Positions 1-8,334 of a DNA stretch of 26,811 nucleotides are shown here, in pieces; position 1 is the stretch's first letter, and the number at the start of each line of letters is the position of its first letter. The translations under genes and the position numbers were made by a program. The notes beneath the pieces were generated by a model that saw nothing but the letters and a program-made list of their open reading frames with translations, had not been told where the DNA came from and did not search any database. The stretch lies in the UHGV virus genome UHGV-0179250; one strand, written 5' to 3'. Source of the stretch: a virus.

Positions 1-500
1 CCACCGGAAAGAAAAACATGGCTTCGCACTGGTTTGGTACCAGTCAGTGGCAGTTACCGAATGAGGCCGATTACAGTAAACTGCAGGCGCTGTTTGTACG
101 TGTGGCGGCAGAAAAACACCAGCGTGGTGAACTGGAGCAGCCACACCACCAGCTGGTCAGCACATACAGCGAACTGAACCGGCAATATGCCAGCCTGCTG
201 GAGGAATACAAATCACTGCGGCGTTATTTTTCCGTATCGGCTGTCGTTCCTTATACGGATGTCTGGACGCACAAGCCCGTGCAGTATTATCCGGGCAAAC
301 ATCCCTGTGAAAAACCGGCGGATATGTTGCGTCAGATAATTACTGCCAGCAGCCATCCGGGAGATTTGGTTGCTGATTTTTTTATGGGGTCGGGATCAAC
401 AATAAAAGCAGCATTATCGCTGGGACGGCATGCAATAGGTGTGGAGCTGGAAGAAGAGAGATTTAACCAGACTGTAAGCGAAATAAAAGAAAATAGTTAA
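1..500 (+). CDS. DNA methyltransferase, N6_N4_Mtase (beta-class) family, 5'-truncated by the window edge
   Basis: Translation contains HPCEKP (HPTQKP-like) followed by DLVADFFMGSGST (FxGxG AdoMet motif), in the order typical of this family; the frame is open to position 3 and no DPPY motif is present, so the N-terminus lies upstream. Confidence 0.75.
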   Translation, partial: TGKKNMASHWFGTSQWQLPNEADYSKLQALFVRVAAEKHQRGELEQPHHQLVSTYSELNRQYASLLEEYKSLRRYFSVSAVVPYTDVWTHKPVQYYPGKHPCEKPADMLRQIITASSHPGDLVADFFMGSGSTIKAALSLGRHAIGVELEEERFNQTVSEIKENS

Positions 501-579
501 ATATGTGTGTGATTATTTGTAATCAATCACGAGTGATAGAAATTTATACATATATTTACTAATATTGACACTATGTTTA

Positions 580-607
580 TTGAAATAGTGTTTGCCCTCA
601 TTAATAT
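580..607 (+). promoter_or_regulatory. Candidate sigma70 promoter, TTGAAA-16 nt-TAATAT, upstream of the tRNA module
   Basis: Hexamers at 580-585 and 602-607 with 16-nt spacer in an AT-rich intergenic region; sequence inspection only. Confidence 0.25.
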
Positions 608-681
608 CGATAGTCGGTTCCGAGGAGATGACAGGGAAATAATGCATATATCGGTCGTTTTATTTTTTCCGAGGAACCGTT

Positions 682-754
682 GCCGATTTAACTTAGCAGA
701 CAAAGCAACTGACTTGTAATCACCGGGTCGCCAGTTCGATTCCGGTAATCGGCA
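682..754 (+). tRNA. Degenerate tRNA-Thr(UGU)-like element, probably a pseudo-tRNA
   Basis: Perfect 7-bp acceptor stem (GCCGATT/AATCGGC), TTCGATT T-loop and CTTGTAA anticodon loop as in enterobacterial thrU (from memory), but the anticodon stem has 2 mismatches, the D-loop lacks GG, and the 3' end is CTA not CCA. Confidence 0.4.
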
Positions 755-760
755 CTATAT

Positions 761-835
<75 letters not shown>

Positions 836-1197
836 GCATTTGAAATAAGCCTTATTGTATTGCAGCACTGGCGTATTTTTATTACGTGGGAGCAGGTTGT
901 TTTGAAAAAGCATTCTGTTCTCTGGCTATGATTTGAGGCCAGGTTAGCCTCAGTGCTGATTTTTTTACGGCAGCAGAATGGTGCATTGCTGGTGGAGATT
1001 TTGTATTTCCTGGCAGGGTCGGTGATGCATCATTCTGGTGTTGTAAATAACACTATCGGGGCGCTCCTCAGGGCGAGGGTGGTTAAAAGAGTCGGTTTAG
1101 CGGGAAACCACAGTATTCATACAGGACGGAATACTTCGGGAGGCACCCGACGCCTCGATTTTATTACAATTAAAAAATTCATTCCTTGCATTGACCA

Positions 1198-1222
1198 ACC
1201 GCCGTATCTGGCGGTTTTTTTT
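1198..1222 (+). terminator. Intrinsic terminator (ACCGCC/GGCGGT stem followed by 8 T)
   Basis: 6-bp GC-rich stem, 6-nt loop, T8 run; lies in the leader upstream of the lysis genes. Confidence 0.5.
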
Positions 1223-1355
1223 ATTCAGAATTTCGTTTCTTTATGGTTCGCTGCGGCGGGCCTTTTTCATATCTGCGCTTTACTCAACGTGTATTGAATC
1301 TGAATACATCACATAAAAGACATCGGCGGGTGCCTTTGACGGGGTGTTTTATTAC

Positions 1356-1380
1356 GGGCCGCTGGTGGCCCTTTTTTATT
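1356..1380 (+). terminator. Intrinsic terminator (GGGCC/GGCCC stem followed by T6) immediately upstream of the first lysis gene
   Basis: 5-bp GC stem, 6-nt loop, TTTTTTATTT tail, then RBS CAGGAGAAAAAAGT and ATG at 1397. Confidence 0.55.
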
Positions 1381-1396
1381 TACAGGAGAAAAAAGT

Positions 1397-1786
1397 ATGT
1401 CTGAACCCTTATCCGGTTCCGGCACGGCTGCGGCGCTCGGTGGGGCGACGGTATTCGGGCTGTTTACCGGAACGGATTTCGGGATTGTATTTGGTGCGTT
1501 CGCTGGTGCGTTATTTGTGGCAACAATGCCGCAGACACTTTCAGCCTGGCGTGTGGCTGCACATTTTCTGGTGTCCTTTATTGTTGGTGTGCTTGGGGCG
1601 GATGTGATGGCGTCTTACCTGGTTGAAAAACTGAATCTCCACAGCACATCCCTCGACGCGCTTTGCGCGGTACTGGTATCGGTGGTGTCGGTGAAGATTC
1701 TCTCATTCATCCACCAGCAGGATATCGCATCGCTGTTATCCGGGCTGTTCTCCCGTCTGCGGGGTGGAGGCGGTAATGTTAAGTAA
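1397..1786 (+). CDS. Putative holin (multi-pass small membrane protein)
   Basis: 129 aa with 3-4 hydrophobic helices and a charged C-terminal tail; first gene of the cassette directly upstream of the endolysin; good RBS. Confidence 0.5.
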   Translation: MSEPLSGSGTAAALGGATVFGLFTGTDFGIVFGAFAGALFVATMPQTLSAWRVAAHFLVSFIVGVLGADVMASYLVEKLNLHSTSLDALCAVLVSVVSVKILSFIHQQDIASLLSGLFSRLRGGGGNVK

Positions 1787-2054
1787 CCTTCCCGGATTAC
1801 TGAATGTGGTGTTAAGCACGGTTATCGTGCTGACGCTCTTTTTTTATCGTCGTGGTGAGTCGAGACATAAACCGCTGATGTCGTGGCTGGCCTGGCTGCT
1901 GATGCTGCTTTATGCCTTTGCGCCGCTTTGTTATCTGTGTGGTCGCTTTCCACCCGGTAACTGGCTGGTCGTCCTGATTAACCTGGTGTTCTGCGTGCTG
2001 GTGATACGAGCACGCGGGAACGTATCAAAAATCCTTGTATTACGAAGGCGCTGA
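1776..2054 (+). CDS. Small membrane protein of the lysis cassette (second holin or antiholin-like)
   Basis: About 92 aa with three hydrophobic segments; ATG at 1776 preceded by GGAGG (the ORF-track start at 1764 is GTG); its stop lies one base before the endolysin ATG. Confidence 0.45.
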   Translation: MLSNLPGLLNVVLSTVIVLTLFFYRRGESRHKPLMSWLAWLLMLLYAFAPLCYLCGRFPPGNWLVVLINLVFCVLVIRARGNVSKILVLRRR

Positions 2055-2055
2055 T

Positions 2056-2601
2056 ATGAAGTCGAAAGATGAAATTTTTGACGAAATTCTGGGAAAAGAG
2101 GGCGGTTACGTCAATCACCCGGATGATAAAGGTGGTCCGACTAAATGGGGCATCACTGAAAAAGTTGCCCGTGCACACGGTTATCAGGGCGATATGCGTG
2201 ACCTGACGCGTGGGCAGGCGCTGGAAATACTCGAGGCGGACTACTGGTACGGACCACGATTCGACCAGGTTGAGGACCTGTCTCCTGATATTGCCGCAGA
2301 GTTGTGCGATACGGGCGTGAACATGGGGCCAACTGTGGCGTCCAGAATGCTTCAGCGCTGGCTGAACGTTTTCAACCTGCGCGGGAAACTCTATCCGGAT
2401 ATGGATGCTGATGGACGCATCGGGCCGCGTACTCTTAATGCATTACGGGCATATCTGAAAAATCGCAGCAGGGATGGTGAACTGGTACTGGTGAAAGCCC
2501 TGAACTGTACGCAGGGCGAGCGTTATCTGGAGCTGGCAGAGAAACGCGAGGCCAATGAGTCGTTTGTCTATGGCTGGCTGAAAGAGCGCGTGGTGGTTTA
2601 A
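2056..2601 (+). CDS. Endolysin, GH108 lysozyme-like domain with C-terminal peptidoglycan-binding domain
   Basis: N-terminal EGGYVNHPDDKGGPTKWGIT motif typical of Glyco_hydro_108, PG_binding_3-like C-terminal half; start at 2056 (MKSKDEIF) follows an AGG-containing RBS and the upstream stop. Confidence 0.8.
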   Translation: MKSKDEIFDEILGKEGGYVNHPDDKGGPTKWGITEKVARAHGYQGDMRDLTRGQALEILEADYWYGPRFDQVEDLSPDIAAELCDTGVNMGPTVASRMLQRWLNVFNLRGKLYPDMDADGRIGPRTLNALRAYLKNRSRDGELVLVKALNCTQGERYLELAEKREANESFVYGWLKERVVV

Positions 2602-2699
2602 AAACTGACACTGAAGTGCTGAACACCCTCAACTCATGCAGGCTCTTTTCTGGGGCTACGATGAGCGAAAGTAAGGGGCATAGCATCAGATAGCAAAAA

Positions 2700-2734
2700 C
2701 CCCGGCTGCGGTAACAGTCCGGGGTTTTCTGTTT
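2700..2734 (+). terminator. Intrinsic terminator downstream of the endolysin
   Basis: CCCCGG...CCGGGG stem with inner CTG/CAG pairing, followed by TTTTCTGTTT. Confidence 0.5.
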
Positions 2735-2797
2735 CTGGCCCTGGGTAAGGCAAAGGAGAACATGAGGAAGTATAAACTAATTCTGTTGAGGTTGACT

Positions 2798-2944
2798 ATG
2801 AAAAACGGCCTTGAATTGAAAGCGCCTGTAACTGATGACATCAGCAGAGCGGTGGCTTTTGCCATTAAGTGGGTGGCGGTCGGTATCACTGTGTCTCCGA
2901 TTCTGTATGGGATGGCAAAATTGATCATTGCTGTGAAATCGTAA
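2798..2944 (+). CDS. Small hypothetical protein with C-terminal transmembrane segment (alternative start at 2762)
   Basis: ORF with GAGG RBS 6 nt before the ATG at 2798; C-terminal hydrophobic helix; no motif recognised. Confidence 0.3.
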   Translation: MKNGLELKAPVTDDISRAVAFAIKWVAVGITVSPILYGMAKLIIAVKS

Positions 2945-2961
2945 GTGGGGCAGGGGTAAAT

Positions 2962-3096
2962 ATGTCAGATAGCATTATAAAACTGGCGCGAATTCTCTGT
3001 GTGGTTGTTGGCCTTTCATTTTCAGCAATGTTGGTTGCCATTTTCATTTCCACCGCCTGGCGAGTATTGAGCCTATCCGGATTGATTGGTGGATAG
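2962..3096 (+). CDS. Tiny hypothetical membrane protein (44 aa)
   Basis: In-frame ATG inside ORF 2869..3096 with a weak purine-rich RBS; single hydrophobic helix; could be non-coding. Confidence 0.25.
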   Translation: MSDSIIKLARILCVVVGLSFSAMLVAIFISTAWRVLSLSGLIGG

Positions 3097-3100
3097 TGAG

Positions 3101-3283
3101 ATGAAGCGAAAACACTGGACACACAGAATGCCGCGAACGGCGGCGAAATGGGCACTGGTAGCGATACTGGTGCCTTTTTTCCTGGTGGGATGCGTCAGCC
3201 TGGATAAGGCGCGCCAGCTTTTCGATACAGCTTCTCAGATCTGTGAAATTGTCGACGGTGTTCGGCAGTGTATGCAGAACTGA
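3101..3283 (+). CDS. Small putative lipoprotein (lipobox LVGC), possible lysis-accessory or o-spanin-like protein
   Basis: MKRKHW...AILVPFFLVGC signal peptide with lipobox cysteine; about 30-aa mature part with 3 Cys; follows the lysis genes. Confidence 0.4.
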   Translation: MKRKHWTHRMPRTAAKWALVAILVPFFLVGCVSLDKARQLFDTASQICEIVDGVRQCMQN

Positions 3284-3457
3284 TCGCCTGTAAGAGCAGA
3301 ATATTTTGCTGAAAAATGAAGGATGCGCCGGCGTCCGGAAAGCATGAAATTCTGTGTTTGTGGCTACTCAATAAAATAAATTCTTTCTGTCTGCGCGAAT
3401 ACTCAAATGTTGATCAGCGCCCGGGGCGGTGACGGGCTTCGATATCAGGAGAAGATA

Positions 3458-3850
3458 ATGGAAAAGAAAGAAGACAAACCAATGGTAATTGGTGCTGTGG
3501 CTGTTCCGTTTAAGTTTGAACTGTCACAACTGGTGGAGATGCGCATCAGTGATGAATGGGGTGAGGTTAAAGCTCGCGCGCAGTATGCGGATGGCGAAAA
3601 CCAGTACTTGATCCACTACAAGGCTGCTGATGGTCGCGCCACAACGGCGTGGTTTGGTGAGTCAATGCTGGAAGCAACAGAAGATGATCGCCATCCGGGC
3701 TGTCCGGTATTTGCCGGTATGAAATTACCGGAAGGTGCAGTTGAACTGCAGCCGGGTGAGGTGTTCGTAATGTCAGAAGTCATTGATGGCAAACCGCAGT
3801 ATTCACGTATTGAAACTAACGGCAAGGACGTTTGTCTGGTTAGCAAGTAA
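3458..3850 (+). CDS. Hypothetical acidic protein, 130 aa (accessory/moron candidate)
   Basis: Strong RBS AGGAGAAGATA before the ATG at 3458; soluble, acidic; no recognisable motif; lies between the lysis and packaging modules. Confidence 0.5.
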   Translation: MEKKEDKPMVIGAVAVPFKFELSQLVEMRISDEWGEVKARAQYADGENQYLIHYKAADGRATTAWFGESMLEATEDDRHPGCPVFAGMKLPEGAVELQPGEVFVMSEVIDGKPQYSRIETNGKDVCLVSK

Positions 3851-3861
3851 CTTGCATTACA

Positions 3862-3884
3862 GCAGCCCTTCAGTGAGGGGCTGC
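3862..3884. terminator. Hairpin between convergent genes (possible bidirectional terminator)
   Basis: GCAGCCC/GGGCTGC 7-bp stem with 8-nt loop between the 3' ends of CDS 3458..3850 (+) and 3894..4106 (-); no strong T-run on either side. Confidence 0.3.
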
Positions 3885-3893
3885 GATAATGTT

Positions 3894-4106
3894 TTAGTTA
3901 TCTTTTATGAATCCGTTAACGGCCCATCCGACAAGTCTGAGTATGCCGTATGTCAGTAAGGCACATACCAGGGAAACTAATACAGCAAATAACGAGATTC
4001 CTGTACCAGCACCTGTTAATAAAAAGAAACCAAAGCTCAACATCAACACCAAAATAGCCAACAGAACGCCTGTCCGGTGAAATCCTTTTGAAATAGTATT
4101 TTTCAT
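3894..4106 (-). CDS. Small two-helix membrane protein (70 aa) encoded antisense to the late operon; moron candidate
   Basis: Only minus-strand ORF in a gap between + strand genes; two hydrophobic helices; GGAGA RBS; own promoter-like element upstream. Confidence 0.5.
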   Translation of the reverse strand: MKNTISKGFHRTGVLLAILVLMLSFGFFLLTGAGTGISLFAVLVSLVCALLTYGILRLVGWAVNGFIKDN

Positions 4107-4138
4107 TTGTTCTCCGTATAGGTTTTTAAGGAATGGTT

Positions 4139-4167
4139 ATTTTACCATCAGGAAAGTGAAATTCTAT
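4139..4167 (-). promoter_or_regulatory. Candidate extended -10 promoter (TGgTAAAAT) for the minus-strand membrane-protein gene
   Basis: Minus-strand TGGTAAAAT at 4139-4147, about 30 nt upstream of the start codon; weak -35. Confidence 0.3.
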
Positions 4168-4516
4168 GCCATCACGGATCCCCCGCGCATGCCGTAAGCG
4201 AGGCTGTGCAGGCACAACGACAGACAGTTCTGGCTACTGCGATAAACATCGTGGTGAAGGCTGGGCACAGCACCAGCGCGGACTGAGCCGCCACCAGCGT
4301 GGCTATGGCTCAAAATGGACGCTGATTCGTGCCCGTATTCTGAAGCGTGATAAAGGTTTGTGCCAGTTGTGCCTTCTGGATGGCGTGGTCAGCGAGGCGA
4401 GAACCGTTGACCACATCATCCCGAAAGCTCGCGGTGGTACGGACGCAGACAGTAACCTGCAGAGCCTGTGCTGGCCCTGCCATAAAGCGAAAACAGCGCG
4501 CGAACGAATAAAGTGA
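4166..4516 (+). CDS. HNH endonuclease (terminase-associated, HK97 gp74-like)
   Basis: Cys-rich N-terminus plus DHIIPKARGG...N...LCWPCH HNH motif; position immediately upstream of the small terminase gene. Confidence 0.8.
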   Translation: MPSRIPRACRKRGCAGTTTDSSGYCDKHRGEGWAQHQRGLSRHQRGYGSKWTLIRARILKRDKGLCQLCLLDGVVSEARTVDHIIPKARGGTDADSNLQSLCWPCHKAKTARERIK

Positions 4517-4659
4517 TAATCATTCTCACTTGTGGGGGCGGGTCAAATCCCTGCAGCCCTGGCTGTCCGGGACCGCCCGCCAACCCTTCTTCGCATCGCC
4601 GCAGGTTCGAAAACTTTTTTTTGGGAATGCGATCAAACGATTGATAGGTAAAACCGATT

Positions 4660-5142
4660 ATGTCAGGACCCCCGAAAACCCCGCCACGCCTGCATTTGAT
4701 ACGAGGCAACCCCTCAAAGCGCCCCGTTAAAGACTCCAAAAAAACCGCTAAAAAGGACGAAAAAGGTCTCCCTAAAATTCCGCAGCATTTAGGGGCGCAG
4801 GGGAAGTACTGGTTCAGGCGAATGGCAGAGGAGCTGAATGCGGAAGGGATCATTTCTCAGCTTGATGCGCGTGCACTCGAGTTGCTGGTGGAAGCCTACA
4901 CCGAATACCGGCATCACTGCGAAATACTCGATGTTGAGGGTTATACCTACCGCACGGAAACGCAGAATGGCGATGTGATGATCAAGGCACATCCGGCTGC
5001 GGCGATGAAAGCGGATGCCTGGAAGCGGATCCGGGCGATGCTTGCAGAGTTTGGTATGTCACCGGCAAGCCGGGCGAAAGTAAATACCGCCGGACCGGAT
5101 GATGTTGATCCGCTGGCGGAACTTTTAAAAGCGAGAGACTGA
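4660..5142 (+). CDS. Terminase small subunit (P27 family)
   Basis: N-terminal ...LIRGNPSKRP... motif characteristic of the P27 family; stop overlaps the large terminase start. Confidence 0.8.
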   Translation: MSGPPKTPPRLHLIRGNPSKRPVKDSKKTAKKDEKGLPKIPQHLGAQGKYWFRRMAEELNAEGIISQLDARALELLVEAYTEYRHHCEILDVEGYTYRTETQNGDVMIKAHPAAAMKADAWKRIRAMLAEFGMSPASRAKVNTAGPDDVDPLAELLKARD

Positions 5143-6899
5143 TGGCAAAAGTGGCTGACGGGATCCGCTACGCCGAACGTGTTGTTGCAGGAGAAATTGT
5201 CGCTGGCGAATTTGTCCGTCTGGCCTGCCAGCGTTTTCTTGATGATCTGAAGTACGGCGAAGAGCGGGGGATTTATTTCAGTGAACCCCGTGCGCAGCAC
5301 ATCCTGAATTTCTACAAATTTGTGCCCCATGTAAAAGGGGCGCTGGCAGGTCAGCCCATTGAACTGATGGACTGGCATGTATTTATCCTCATTAATATTT
5401 TTGGTTTTGTCATTCCGCTGGTCAATGAAGAGACCGGGGAAGTTGTCATGCGCAGCGATGGCAGCAGACGTCCGGTGATGGTGCGCCGGTTCCGGACGGC
5501 GTACAACGAAGTCGCCCGTAAAAACGCAAAATCAACCCTGTCATCGGGTATCGGCCTGTATATGACGGGGGCAGATGGTGAAGGCGGTGCTGAGGTGTAT
5601 TCAGCCGCAACCACGCGTGACCAGGCCAGAATTGTGTTTGAAGACGCCAAAAATATGGTCAGAAAAGCCCGGTCGACACTCGGGCGATTGTTTGATTTCA
5701 ACAAGCTGGCGATTTACCAGGAGCAGAGCGCATCAAAATTTGAACCGCTTTCCTCGGATGCAAACAACCTGGACGGTCTGAACATCCACTGCGCCATTAT
5801 TGATGAGCTGCATGCACATAAAACCCGCGATGTGTGGGACGTTCTGGAAACGGCAACCGGTGCCCGTCTGCAGTCCCTGTTATTTGGTATCACCACGGCG
5901 GGCTTTAACAAGGAAGGGATTTGTTACGAGCAACGCGATTACGCCATCAAGGTATTGCGAGGCTATAACAGCGACGTGGAGGGCGCGGTAAAAGATGATT
6001 CCTACTTTGCGATTATTTACACGCTCGATGAGGGAGATGATCCGTTTGATGAAACGGTCTGGCAGAAAGCGAATCCCGGACTGGGCATCTGTAAACGCTG
6101 GGATGATCTGCGTCGTCTGGCGAAAAAAGCGAAAGAACAGGTCTCTGCGCGGGTGAATTTTTTTACCAAACACATGAATGTGTGGGTAACAGCAGAGTCT
6201 GCCTGGATGGACATGATTAAGTGGGAGAAGTGTGAATACATTGCCCCACGACATGAGCTGAAAACGTATCCCATGTGGGTCGGCGTTGACCTTGCTCATA
6301 AGATTGATATCTGTGCGGCGGCAAAACTCTGGCGAACGGATAACGGGCATGTTCATGCCGATTTTAAATTCTGGCTTCCGGAAGGACGGCTGGAACGATG
6401 CTCGCGGCAGCAGGCAGAACTTTACCGGAAGTGGGCGGAGATGGATAAGCTCATCCTGACGGATGGTGATGTTATCGATCATGCTCAGATAAAAAGTGAC
6501 TTACTGGAATGGATTGGCGGTGAAAACCTCAGGGAACTGGGATTTGACCCGTGGAGTGCAATGCAGTTCAGTCTGGCTCTGGCTGAAGAAGGGATATCGC
6601 TGGTGGAAGTTCCGCAGACGGTCCGCAATCTGTCAGAGGCCATGAAGGAAACGGAATCACTGGTCTATGCCGGGCGTTTCCATCACAGCAATCACCCGGT
6701 CATGAACTGGATGATGTCTAACGTTACGGTAAAACCGGACAAAAACGACAATATCTTCCCGAACAAATCCACGCCTGAAGCCAAAATCGACGGCCCTGTT
6801 GCGATGTTTACAGCAATGAGCCGGATGCTGGTCAATGGCGGTGAACCGGAGCCGGATCTGTCTGAACACCTGATTAGTGTTGGTATCCGCTCGCTTTAA
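5142..6899 (+). CDS. Terminase large subunit
   Basis: 585 aa; position between small terminase and portal; ATPase-like N-terminal half and nuclease-like C-terminal half by composition. Confidence 0.9.
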   Translation: MAKVADGIRYAERVVAGEIVAGEFVRLACQRFLDDLKYGEERGIYFSEPRAQHILNFYKFVPHVKGALAGQPIELMDWHVFILINIFGFVIPLVNEETGEVVMRSDGSRRPVMVRRFRTAYNEVARKNAKSTLSSGIGLYMTGADGEGGAEVYSAATTRDQARIVFEDAKNMVRKARSTLGRLFDFNKLAIYQEQSASKFEPLSSDANNLDGLNIHCAIIDELHAHKTRDVWDVLETATGARLQSLLFGITTAGFNKEGICYEQRDYAIKVLRGYNSDVEGAVKDDSYFAIIYTLDEGDDPFDETVWQKANPGLGICKRWDDLRRLAKKAKEQVSARVNFFTKHMNVWVTAESAWMDMIKWEKCEYIAPRHELKTYPMWVGVDLAHKIDICAAAKLWRTDNGHVHADFKFWLPEGRLERCSRQQAELYRKWAEMDKLILTDGDVIDHAQIKSDLLEWIGGENLRELGFDPWSAMQFSLALAEEGISLVEVPQTVRNLSEAMKETESLVYAGRFHHSNHPVMNWMMSNVTVKPDKNDNIFPNKSTPEAKIDGPVAMFTAMSRMLVNGGEPEPDLSEHLISVGIRSL

Positions 6900-6910
6900 C
6901 CGAGGGCATT

Positions 6911-7093
6911 ATGTTTCTGATAATTCTCACGCCACTGGTGGGCGTGCTGGGGGCGCTTTTGCTGTCGTATGGCACATGGATGATTTATCCCCCGGCAGGT
7001 TTTGTTGTTGCCGGGGCGCTGTGTCTGTGCTGGTCGTGGCTGGTTGCGCGTTATCTCGATCGCGGTCACCGGGTCGCCTCCGGAGGTGAGTAA
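6911..7093 (+). CDS. Small hypothetical membrane protein (60 aa)
   Basis: GAGGG RBS; two hydrophobic segments; fills the gap between terminase and portal. Confidence 0.35.
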   Translation: MFLIILTPLVGVLGALLLSYGTWMIYPPAGFVVAGALCLCWSWLVARYLDRGHRVASGGE

Positions 7094-8334
7094 TGTTTTT
7101 CCAGGGGCTTTTTCAACGCAAAAATAACACCCCCGTCACAACGCCCGGGATGCTTGCGGAAGAACTTGGATTGTCATACGACACTTATACCGGAAAGCGG
7201 ATCAGCAGCCAGCGGGCCATGCGGCTGACGGCGGTCTATTCCTGCGTCAGGGTGCTGGCGGAGTCTGTTGGTATGCTGCCCTGCAGCCTCTACAAAATCA
7301 CCGGTACCCTTAAAACACGGGCGGTGGATGAACGACTGCATAAGCTGGTTTCGGCAAAACCTAATGGCTACATGACGCCGCAGGAATTCTGGGAGCTGGT
7401 CATTGTCTGCCTGTGTCTGCGGGGTAATTTTTACGCCTACAAGGTAAAGGCACTGGGGGAAGTGGTGGAGCTTCTTCCGATAGATCCGGGCTGTGTGGAA
7501 CCGAAGCTGAACAGCCAGTGGCAGCCGGTTTATCAGGTGACGTTTCCGGATGGTTCCGTGGATGTGCTGACCCAGAATGAAATCTGGCATGTGCGCACTC
7601 TGACGCTGGATGGACTTGTCGGGCTGAATCCCATTGCGTATGCGCGTGAGGCCATTTCACTGGCAGCGGCAACTGAGGAGCACGGCGCCAGGTTGTTTGG
7701 TAACGGCGCTGTGACATCCGGTGTGTTGCGTACGGATCAACAACTTTCTGATCAGGCTTATGCGCGTATCAAAAAGGACTTTGAGGAACGGCATGTCGGG
7801 CTGGGAAATTCTCATCGTCCGATGATTCTGGAAATGGGGCTGGACTGGAAAACGGTGGCACTGAATGCCGAGGACAGCCAGTTCCTGGAAACCCGCAAGT
7901 TTCAGCTGGAAGAAATCTGTCGCCTGTTCCGCGTACCGCTGCATATGGTGCAGAACACCGATCGCGCCACCTTCAACAATATTGAAGAGCTGGGGCTTGG
8001 TTTCATTAACTATTCCCTTGTGCCGTATCTGACCCGTATTGAACAGCGGATCAATACAGGGCTGGTCAGGGAGAGCAAACAGGGGAGGTTTTACGCCAAA
8101 TTTAATGCCGGAGCATTGTTGCGTGGCGACATGAAATCCCGCTTTGAAGCGTATGCCACGGGGATCAACTGGGGGATTTATTCCCCTAATGACTGCCGTG
8201 ATCTGGAGGATATGAATCCCCGACCGGGCGGTGATGTGTATCTGACACCGATGAACATGACCACCAGTCCCTCTGCTGGCGATGACAACGGTAAGAAAAA
8301 GGAGAGTGGAGATGCAGACAAAACAGCGTCTTGA
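7093..8334 (+). CDS. Portal protein (HK97 family)
   Basis: 413 aa; GGAGG RBS; position and size typical of HK97-type portals. Confidence 0.85.
   Translation: MFFQGLFQRKNNTPVTTPGMLAEELGLSYDTYTGKRISSQRAMRLTAVYSCVRVLAESVGMLPCSLYKITGTLKTRAVDERLHKLVSAKPNGYMTPQEFWELVIVCLCLRGNFYAYKVKALGEVVELLPIDPGCVEPKLNSQWQPVYQVTFPDGSVDVLTQNEIWHVRTLTLDGLVGLNPIAYAREAISLAAATEEHGARLFGNGAVTSGVLRTDQQLSDQAYARIKKDFEERHVGLGNSHRPMILEMGLDWKTVALNAEDSQFLETRKFQLEEICRLFRVPLHMVQNTDRATFNNIEELGLGFINYSLVPYLTRIEQRINTGLVRESKQGRFYAKFNAGALLRGDMKSRFEAYATGINWGIYSPNDCRDLEDMNPRPGGDVYLTPMNMTTSPSAGDDNGKKKESGDADKTAS

Noticed and set aside
510-545. Inverted repeat TGATTA-TTTG-TAATCA downstream of the methyltransferase stop, as an operator
   Set aside because: Short AT-rich palindrome of a kind that occurs by chance; no second copy or recognisable repressor-site context.
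935-966. Hairpin GAGGC/GCCTC followed at a distance by a T-run, as a terminator for the tRNA transcript
   Set aside because: The T-run is separated from the stem by about 9 nt and the stem is only 5 bp; not a convincing intrinsic terminator.
953-1607. ORFs 953..1297 (+) and 1344..1607 (+) in the leader before the lysis genes
   Set aside because: No RBS, non-protein-like composition, and both are cut by intrinsic terminators; 1344..1607 is an alternative frame of the holin gene. Treated as non-coding leader.
1978-2178. Minus-strand ORF overlapping the start of the endolysin gene
   Set aside because: Antisense to a well-supported gene, no RBS, low-complexity translation.
4416-4853. Minus-strand ORF 4416..4853 and + strand ORF 4530..4730 across the HNH/small-terminase junction
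   Set aside because: They overlap the well-supported HNH and small terminase genes and the putative cos region; no independent translation signals.
5351-6869. Several minus-strand and alternate-frame ORFs inside the large terminase gene (e.g. 5880..6482)
   Set aside because: Typical spurious antisense ORFs in a GC-rich coding region; the terminase frame is continuous.
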